NCBI GenBank assembly: GCA_951406725.2
Contig: OX597820.1
Coordinates: 52,824,001 to 52,888,000 of the forward strand
DNA: 64,000 bases
Source: Octopus vulgaris
Lineage: Eukaryota
Direction of reading: 5' to 3'
The position numbers and the translations under genes were made by a program. The notes under the pieces are model-generated. The model was not told the origin of the DNA, made no database searches, and saw only the letters and a list, made by a program, of their open reading frames with translations. Of the stretch, positions 53,712-64,000 are shown piece after piece; within the stretch, counting starts at the first letter, position 1, and the number at the start of each line of letters is the position of its first letter.

Positions 53712-54348
53712 GCTTGCATGTGTGTGTGTGTGTATATATGTATATGTGTTTGTATGTATATGTGTATATATGTATATGCATGTGTATGTGTAAATGTATG
53801 TGTTTATGTATGTGTATGTATGTATAAAATATTATATAATTAGGGCTTAGTAAAATAAAATAAATTACTTTGCCACATACTAAACTTTCTAGAAATAGCA
53901 GCCAATAAAGGGTTTTAGCCTCTTCCACTACTTAGAGAATTTTTTCCCTCTAACATTGTTTACTCAAAATAATAATGGTCCCTTTACATACTGAATACTT
54001 GGTGAAATTGATTAATAACTAATTAACTTTACCCTCCCTTGTTGATATATATGTATGTATATGTGTACATGTATGTATATATATGTGTGTGTGTGTATGT
54101 GTGTATGTATGTACTTGTATATGTGTGTGTGTATATGTATGTGTGCGCGTGTGTGTGTATGTATGTGTATGTATATTTATATATGTATATGCATGTATAT
54201 ATATGTGTGTGTATATGTGTATTATGTATGTATTTATATGGATATGATATTTATATATATATGTATGTATATGCATCTGTCTGTGTGTGTGTATGTGTAT
54301 ATATGTGTATCATTATTGCGTATGTATACATGTATATGTGTATATGTA

Positions 54349-54429
<81 letters not shown>

Positions 54430-54514
54430 ATGTACATGTATATATATGTGTGTGTATATATATATATATGTTTATATGTGAGTATGTAGAGATATAAGTA
54501 TATGCATGTGTATA

Positions 54515-54549
<35 letters not shown>

Positions 54550-54702
54550 GTATGGGTATGTGTATCAGTGTATATGTATATATGTATGTGTGTGTGTATG
54601 TATAGGTATGTATATGTGTATATATGTATGTGTATATGTGTATATATGTGTATATATATGTATGTATGTGTATGTGTATGTATATGTATGTGTGTGTATG
54701 TG

Positions 54703-54762
<60 letters not shown>

Positions 54763-55037
54763 CGTGTGTGTATGTATGCATATATGTATGTATGCATGTA
54801 TATGTGTATGTATATATGTGTGTAGGTGTGTGCATATATGTATATGTAAGTATGTGTGCGTGTATGAGTATGTATGTATGTATGCTTGCACACGTGTATA
54901 TATGTGTGTGTGTGTATATATATGGATGCGCGTGCGTGTGTGCACGTGTATGGGTACGCATGTATATGTGTATGTGCGTGTATGTGTATACGTGTATGTA
55001 TGTATGTGTGTGCGTATATTTGTATATGTATGTGTGA

Positions 55038-55072
<35 letters not shown>

Positions 55073-55276
55073 TGGGTGTGTGTATGCGTATAAATGCATG
55101 TAAGTATGGATGTATGGATGTATGTATGTATGTATACGTATGTATGTGTTTGTGTGTATATGTATGTATGTGTGTGTATGTGTGTATATATATATATGTG
55201 TGTATATATGTTTGTGTATGTATATATATGTGTATGTATGTGTGTGTATGTATATATGTGTGTATGTGTATGTATG

Positions 55277-55346
<70 letters not shown>

Positions 55347-55737
55347 TAGGTATGTATCTGTATGTAGGAGTATATGTGTGTATGTATATGTGTATATATA
55401 TATATATGTATGTATATTTATTGGTGTATATGTATAGACTAGCCTCCTAAAGTGTAGACACGAATCTGTAGGTACGAGTACGTATGTGTATATACGTGAA
55501 CGTATGTAGATGTTTGTATGTATGAATATAACGCGTGCGTACGTGTATGTGTATGAGTGTACGAATGGGTGAATGTACGTGCTAATGAGTGTGCGTGCGG
55601 GAATGAGTACTTGCCTTCTAGTAGACAGACAAATGGACATGCTGCCATAGCCAGGACCCTTAGCTCTAGCGATCAAAGATAACAAAAGTAATAAATGAAG
55701 ATAATAAAATTAAAATTAGGGAATGGGCCTGTATTGG

Positions 55738-55780
<43 letters not shown>

Positions 55781-55879
55781 GTGTATGTGTAGGTATGTAT
55801 AGGTACACATGTGTATGTGTATGTGTATGTATGTGTGTATATGTATGTATGTGCACACATGTATATATATGTATGCGTG

Positions 55880-55917
<38 letters not shown>

Positions 55918-56214
55918 TATGTGTATGTGGGTGTATGTATATATAGGTGTAAATATGTGTATATAGGGAACTAGGTGTGTTGTGTGTGCATGAGTGTATG
56001 TGCGTGTGAATATATATTTTTCTGTGTATATATGTATGCGTGGTCGTGGGTATATATATACATGTGTGTATGCGTGCATGCATGGGAGTGAGTGTATGCA
56101 TATATACGTGTGTGTATGTGTAGACAGGTATATGCATGTGCATGTGTATAAATTTGTATATGTGGGCGGGTGTATGTATGTGTGTATGTAGATATGTATG
56201 TATATGTGTGTGTA

Positions 56215-56267
<53 letters not shown>

Positions 56268-56391
56268 GTGTGTATATATATGTGTGTAGATACGTATACA
56301 TATGTGTATAGGTATAAGTGAGAATCTCCTTATTTACCTATAACTCTATCCCCCCTTTTTTTATATATATATTTTTTATATATATATTTTT

Positions 56392-56433
<42 letters not shown>

Positions 56434-56660
56434 ATTTTATTTTTTATATTTTTATTTTTTTATTTTATTTTTTTTTTTTTTTTTTTATTTTATTTTTTTT
56501 TTTTTTTATTTATCTATTCTTTCATCTAACTTACCACTGACTCCTTGACCACTCCCCCAAGTATGATATTTAGCGCTATGCCTACCCCCAAAAAAGTCCC
56601 CCACCACCACTCCTTTAAACCTGCCTAAATGTATAAATGCTAATACAATTCTTGTTAAAT

Positions 56661-56711
56661 AGCTTCCTGAAGATTTCTCTTGAATGAAACAGTACTAGTC
56701 CTGTAGAAGCT
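56661..56711 (+). ncRNA. Type I hammerhead ribozyme motif, canonical core
   Basis: agcttc CTGAAGA t-ttc tctt gaa-t GAAA cag tactagtc ctg TA gaagct. Predicted cut after GUA at 56705. Confidence 0.8.
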
Positions 56712-56806
56712 CCTTCTATATAATAAATTAATTTTACTCTGCTATGTATTGAGTACCTTACTTACTGTGGTTAACCCCGAATCAACCCGGGACCTACATA
56801 TATAAA

Positions 56807-56851
<45 letters not shown>

Positions 56852-57211
56852 TACTGATATGTAGTACCATGAATTTATAACATTATCACTAACTACATAG
56901 TCATGATTAGCAAAACCAAACCGGTAGAGAAGGTAAATATTCTGAAGACACACCAGATTCTCATCTATGACCTGCAACTCTATTGGATGAGATACGATTT
57001 ATATTCTTTTTAATGCACGTATATATATAATCTATTTTTATTTTACTTGTTTCAGCCATGCGGATGTTGTCAGGGTGGAGCACCAACGTGATATATAAAT
57101 ATATATATATATAGTTAATCCAAACAAGAAAGCGCAAAAAAACACAACAACGCGAGGACGTGGAACAAATATAGTATTATTGGACGCTCAGGAAAGAAGG
57201 AAAGAAGGAGG

Positions 57212-57246
57212 GTTTAACGTTTCGAGCGGAGCTCTTCGTTGGAAAC
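57212..57246 (-). ncRNA. Degenerate minimal hammerhead-like motif (related to 10373)
   Basis: gttt CCAACGA a gagc tcc gctc GAAA cg TT aaac. Confidence 0.5.
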
Positions 57247-57585
57247 ATAGGAGAAGGAAAGATCCAGAGAAGGGAAGACAGAGGAAAAAAGAGTGAGAAA
57301 GAAGAGAATGAGAGAGAGAGTGAGAGAACATTATTACTCATAAGAGATATCGATATTAGTGGCTGCGCACATAAAACCGTATAGGCAAAGTTAATATATA
57401 TATATATATAATCAGGGCACTAAGAAGCACCAGCTTAGCTAAAAATAATAGTCATATACACTCGTATGGCCTCTAGTCTCTCTGATATATATATTTTTTA
57501 AATGGCTTTTAAACACCTTCCATGTTTTTGTTTCAGCACACGATCTCAGATCAGGTCGCTTACTGTACAAGTACATCTCCGTAAT

Positions 57586-57633
<48 letters not shown>

Positions 57634-60600
57634 TATGTGTGCATGTGTGTATGTGTGTGTGTTTGTGTGTAAATTGTTTACGTATTAATAATGCAACATT
57701 ATAAATACGCACGTCTCACCAGCTAAATTGTTTTTCAACAATAAAGAACGTCGCCGATATAATGACGTATCGCAATTCTTAGGGATATAGTAATTACAAA
57801 CTCACACATAAGGTAATGTAAATTTCTTTAAAATCTGTTAATGTCTCTCTGCACCAAAACATTTTTGGCCAAGCCTTTCGTTATTTTATTTCCTTTTATT
57901 TACACAATAATAATGCTGTATTCAACTGATCTGTCATTTACTTTATCCAATCTTTTTCGTATAGCCTCCAGTCTATCTCATGTAATTAGCTAATTTTTTT
58001 GTTATTGTTTTTGTATTTCATTGTCGTTTTCTGCTTATATCACTGTAATTTGTAGTTTTACTTTCGTTTTGTAGACAATTTTTGTTTCCTGTTTATTTAT
58101 TTTCAAATTCATTTCGTTCTCGTTTTTTTGTCTTTGTAAGAATCATCACTAAGTTTTCATTTTATACTTTTTACATATTTTTTCTTCGCTTATTTTACTG
58201 TTATTTATCTATTTCTTTACCTACAAAACTAAATTGATTTAAATATATGTAAACGTATTTTCCTTCTTCGTTGCCTGTTTCTTTCCACTTATCCGGTTGT
58301 TAGCTTCGATTCTTTTGTCGTTTCGTTTTCCCTTCCATAGCAATGTACATTATACTAAAAGGAAATCGTTCATTTATAAGTTTTAATATGTCGCTCTAAG
58401 TATGCAGCCTGTGTCCTTAATAAGAGCAAAATTTCTGTTACACCTCTGTTAAAAACAAATATGTGATATCAAGTAATCGTTATGCTTATCTATGTTCTCC
58501 CTATCTCCGTCTCTCTCTCGCTCTCTCTCACCTCCTCCTCCTCCCTACTTCTCTTTATTTATCTATGGATACTAGCAAAGCTAATCAGAAACAAAAATAA
58601 CTTTTCACAGTGGGACGAGTTGGCAAGTGGAATACAATTCGGGTACAGAGAGGAAACAAGATCAAATTTATTCGATATTACGAATAACGTAAGAGAGACA
58701 AAATGCCATGCTTAAGAAGCCTTGCCACATGCAATCATTTTGTATAGATGACACATAGAGAAACGCATTTAACGGCAAACATAGACCTGGAGCTACATAT
58801 ATTTCACAATACGCTACATTCTGTACTGACAAGAATAAAATCACTGATGGAATTATTGTATGCATTCTCGAAGCTATCGTACCCTTAATTTTCAGCCACA
58901 TCCAAGTTCAATTTCTGAGAGTCTAATACAATACGTAAAACGAATTATGTCTTTTCTGCATACCGTCTTCAAATCACGATGGTCAATTTGAAGAAAGTTT
59001 CAAAATTATGAATGAGGTACCAATGAAACTGCATCAGCATACTTTTGGATGCATTCTGTGAAAAATAATTTAACAGCACAAACGGCTTTGCAGTTATTGG
59101 TTCTATGACCAATAAACGAAATACTTTATCCCAAGAATACATAAGCATCCAGTTGATTATACACTGCTATTCCAAATCCAAAGTGGTTAGCATCAGGTGC
59201 AACTATCCTTTGGTCATACAATATACAGCGAACATCGACAAATACTTTGGAACACCTGTGTTCACATGCAGAACAATAAATGTTTTCGTCTTGACCAACG
59301 TTATGTAACTATGTTCGGAGAATAAAATTCAAGTGGACTTGGCATCATGGCAAAAACAAAGAATGAAAATGGATTTTTGCAGAGAATGTTGTGTATACAG
59401 AAATTCTGCTGACGTATACGTAATCTCTCTTTCACTGGATTACCACACGTATGTTAATTTCCTCTCTGTTTAAGCAAAGCATTATCCGTTGGAACTACGT
59501 GAGGCAATCAATGACCTTTCATTCAAGCTATTATGTATCGCACTATTTTCTATAACACATGCATTATGCAACTGAGTTCTTGAAAACGAACATGTATATA
59601 TACAGTTCCTACAAAAGATTTATTCAAACAGCACATTTATTAATGCAGTCCTTTACAAATTGTTACGTAACTCTGTAGGTAGTTCTATGTATTGTCAAAC
59701 CTGTACCTACAACATCTTTGTAACACGCTTGCTGTTTATAACATTACATATTGTACCACCCACATCAGAAAAGATCTATGCTTTCGCTTTAGGTTGGAAA
59801 ATAAAGGAAAAAAATTATCTATGATAATACATTGTTGTTATTCTCATCAATTAATTATTCACAAATGTCTCAACAAGTTATATTCCGCAAAGGGCAGTTA
59901 TCTGCCGTTAATGTCTGTTAAGTAATTTAAATATTCAGTGAAAAGTATGAAATGAGATTTTCTGTTCCTCTTAATATTTCCCGTTCATGGGGTGGACATT
60001 AGTTAATAATTCAAGTAAATAAATTTTATAGAGAGAATGGCATTTAAAAGCATAAATTGTCACACGAAATACACACATACACACAAATATGTGCGTGTGG
60101 GTTTTGTGTGTGTGAGTGTATGTGAGTGTATGTGTGCTTGTATGTATATATATGAATATGTAAGTGTGTTCACATATGTATATATACATGTAAACGTTAT
60201 GAAGTTATGTGCAAATCTGTCGGTGTAGGAGTACACTTATATACGAAGAGGAATAATTGTGAGAAATTTTGGAGTGCATTTACTTAGTTCCGTTCACGTT
60301 GTGACTTCAAGTCTAGTCGAGTTCAACTTTGCCCGGTTTTTCATTTCAGGGTAAGCGATAAAGTTGATATGAACTGACTAAGATCGATTTAATCGATTGT
60401 TCCCTACCACAAATATATATGACCATTGAGCCTGTCTTAGAGAGCAACCTTTATTTAAACCCCGTTGCCTTCTGTTTTATAATAAGGCTGCCGTTGTCTG
60501 TGTCTTTCTTTTCTCCCAGGGTCGATTAAAATAAATACCAGGTATATATTGTGCATATTTTATCAAATAGTTCCTCCCTCATAAATTCGTGATGACCTCT

Positions 60601-61586
60601 GACAGCGGTTAGAAATCAATAATAGAAGTGGAGACAATGAAACTGTTACGTTTTCTTTTCAGATTATCGTAGAGATATTTCTCCATCAGCTAGCTATATA
60701 TCTTAAAAGAAGTCTTATATAGTATATTGATGAAGTAGATTCCTCGTTTTACCGATGAAATAAGATTGTTTACAGCATTAAATATTGTTTTTCTGGCTGA
60801 ATAAAAGACACATATATTTCCGATGAATAAAAGAAATCATATATGTTATCTTTTACACATGAAAACATAAATGGATTTCAAAGTTTATTCTCGATAAACA
60901 TTGCCAGAGATTTTAAACTTTATTGCCAGTTTTCAAATTTTATTCCGTATAAAAATTGCTTTATAGACGTAAAAAATAAATAAATACAGAAAGCCAAAGA
61001 TGTTCCACAAGATAAAAATGTAAATATTCACACAAACAAAAAGAATATAGAGTTTAAAACTATACACTATCTATAAAAAGAAAATTTAAGCATTATAACA
61101 AATGAAAATATAATAAAATATAATAAAAGCAAAATATATTCAACAGATGAAACGTAAGTAGGATACAAAAATCATAAAAATTTTAACGTTTTCCATTTTA
61201 TTTTAATGGCCTTTTTTTTAAAAGACAATCCACTTAAAATAGACACGTTAGAGAGCTATTTGTACTGGCGTTGGGGTATTTATAGTGATGTTTTAAAGGC
61301 TGTAAGGAAGGTGGTCATGAGAATACACTCATCGCTCATAAGGTGTTTAACAGATAAAAGACTGCTGTAATTATAGCTATCACCCCTGGGAGAACAGTTG
61401 CAACACCAAATGACACGTGTATGCTTAAATGAGTGAAACAAGAAGATTAAAAATATAAAGGGTGAGAGGAATTCAGAGAATAAAAAGAAAGAAAAGTCTA
61501 TAAGAAGAAAAGAAATTAGTTGGTTATCACATGAAAGTGAAAACTATTGCACAATTTGATAATCTATAATGTCAGAGGTGGAGTAG

Positions 61587-61918
61587 GAGACCCCCTTCGG
61601 TCATGAATGACCATGGAACTGCACCAAGAAAGTTACCCTCCTAGGCACAAGTCAGAGCAAGATTGTTTGTGGAAGGCTAGCAGTTGCCCATGCGTACCAT
61701 GCGTACCCCCTCCTCTCCACACTACTAATGTTATCCAAGGGAAAGGCAAAGGCCGATACAGCTTGGCACCAGTGATGTCGCAACTCATTTCTACAGCTGA
61801 GTTAACTGGAGCAACGTGGAATAAAGTGTCTTGCTCAAGAACACAACACACAGCCCGGTCCGGAAATCGAACTCACAACCTCACGATCGTAAGCTCTACG
61901 CTCTAATTACTGAGTCAC
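61587..61918 (-). mobile_element. SINE family A
   Basis: Reverse copy of 624-940. Confidence 0.9.
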
Positions 61919-62359
61919 TACGTGTGAGTAACTATACAAATCATCAACATAGAATATCGACAAGGACTAATGCGCTATAAATATCGTAGATATCCTTGAA
62001 GCTCATATTGAATAACTACCAGCCCCATTTAGTTGTATAGTGGAAGCAATTGCAGCGCGAGATACCATCATTTGAGGACCCAGTGTATTTAGCACAGCTG
62101 TCATATGAATCCATATTTGAAATAATAAACATAAACATGACTGTAAAATGGGCTTGTTTATGTTACATCATCAAGGATAAAATCCGGTTGTGGTGCCCTA
62201 TAAGCATATATTTGTACGTACAGTCATGCATACAAACACACACACAAACACGGATATAAGTGGATCGATATATACAAACACACACATACACACACAAACA
62301 CACACATATATACACACACACAAGCACACATACACACATATATATATATATATATATTC

Positions 62360-63215
62360 TTTTATTCTTTTACTTGTTTTAATCATTTGAGAGCGACCAT
62401 GCTGGAGCACCGCCTTAATTGGTTTTATAGTTGAAGTATTTGACCACAAGACTTATTCTTTGTAAGCCTAGTACTTATTCTATTGGTCTCTTTGGCCAAA
62501 CTGCTAGGTTATGGGGACGTAGACACATCAACATCGGTTGTCAAGCGATGTTGGGATGACACACACAGTCACACAGACACACACACTCACACACAGAGAT
62601 ACACACACATATACATATATATAGGCGCAGGAGTGGCTGTGTGGTAAGTAGCTTGCTAACCAACCACATGGTTCTGGGTTCAGTCCCACTGCGTAGCACC
62701 TTGGGCAAGTGTCTTCTGCTATAGCCCCGGGCCGACCAATGCCTTGTGAGTGGATTTGGTAGACGGAAACTGAAAGAAGCCTGTCGTATATATGTATATA
62801 TATATATATATTTGTGTGTGTGTTTGTGTGTCTGTGTTTGTCCCCCTAGCATTGCTTGACAACCGATGCGGGTGTGTTTAAGTCCCCGTCACTTGGCGGT
62901 TCGGCAAAAGAGACCGAAAGAATAAGTACTGGGCTTACAAAGAATAAGTCCCGGGGTCGATTTGCTCGACTAAAGGCGGTGCTCCAGCATGGCCGCAGTC
63001 AAATGATTGAAACAAGTAAAAGAAAGAAAGAAAGAAAGAATATATATATATGTATATATATACGACGGGCTTCTTTCAGTTTCCGTCTATCACATCCACT
63101 CACAAGGCTTTGGTCGGTCCGAGGCTATAGTAAGTCACTTGGGCAAGGTGCCACATCATGAGACTGAACCCTGAACCAAGTGGTTGAGAAGCAAGCTTCT
63201 TTTTACACAACCACG
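62360..63215. mobile_element. SINE C (+, 62624-63035) nested inside SINE C (-, 62360-62570 and 63062-63215)
   Basis: The two minus-strand halves are colinear and are split at the internal microsatellite. Confidence 0.85.
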
Positions 63216-63265
63216 GTATATATATATATATATATATACATACATACATACACACACAGACACAG

Positions 63266-63325
<60 letters not shown>

Positions 63326-63504
63326 ATGTATATGTATATATCTTTATACATATGTGTGTGTATATATATGTAAAAATATATAATCATGAGGTACGTGAGA
63401 CTAAATCGTAATTTACTACGTCAACTAATGACCGATTCCTTGCGTAAGTGCTAACCGTTCGTTCTGCTGGTTTCTGTGACTCCACTCACCTATTTTAACA
63501 TATG

Positions 63505-63535
<31 letters not shown>

Positions 63536-64000
63536 ACACACTCACACAGACACATATATATACGTAAGGTGAGTCAACTTCTGGTTATGGGGACAACATA
63601 TTGTGCGTATAAATATATAGAAGTCGAAGAGACCCAGGGACCTGTCAACTTTGTTCCTTTTCGAAATGTTCAGTTGTTCATTTCTTCATTTTCAGCAATG
63701 ATCACAAAAACTGTGATCATTGCAACTTATATTCCACTTTCAGGGAACAATATAAGTTTTATTTACATTGTTAAACGGTTTATAATTTAACCCCACCTGG
63801 TGAGGAATACGATAAACTAGTCGGGTGTTGAATAAGATAATGGGTTATAGAAAATATAATAAACAAGCAAAAACTAAAGCAAGAATATCCACCATCTTTC
63901 ATTCATATATGGTGGTGCTCTCTGCTAAAACAGGAGATGAAATAAAAATGAAATTGTGTATTATATTATGAAATTTCACATTCTTGGTTTATGTTTTCAG

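Larger units (their letters stand above)
52263..56800 (+). mobile_element. Penelope-like element (Hydra-like), heavily 5'-truncated, with inverted 5' copy of its 3' end
   Basis: 52263-53154 is the near-perfect reverse complement of 55878-56722; ~78-nt unpaired tail; (TA)n on both flanks; coding remnant and hammerheads inside. Confidence 0.9.

Noticed and set aside
54234-55685. 483-aa ORF and other Y/I/H/T/C/V-rich ORFs throughout the window
   Set aside because: Translations of TA/CA/TATG microsatellites, which lack stop codons by composition.

Overview
Eukaryotic, AT-rich, microsatellite-saturated DNA with no recognisable host protein-coding exon. The SINE repertoire and the (TA)n/(CA)n/(TATG)n density suggest an octopus (coleoid cephalopod) intron or intergenic region (inference). 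Nearly all ORFs in the track are microsatellite artefacts. The only substantial real ORF is a 5'-truncated Penelope-like retroelement (PLE, Neptune-type RT + GIY-YIG, ~37977-39229), enclosed by ~1.5-kb near-perfect inverted arms. A second young PLE (Hydra-like C-terminus, 52263-56800) has the same fold-back layout with ~0.9-kb arms. The same inverted-arm plus unpaired-3'-tail layout recurs in at least five smaller insertions. The window holds about 15 minimal type I hammerhead-ribozyme-like motifs from many unrelated PLE families. Their cores show canonical C3-G8, U3-A8 and G3-C8 pairings, mostly with palindromic stem III, and most sit next to (TA)n tracts. Also present: four tRNA-derived SINE families, CR1/RTE/Gypsy remnants, Helitron/Helentron-like non-autonomous elements and MITE fragments. 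All coordinates and folds were read by eye; no searches were run.
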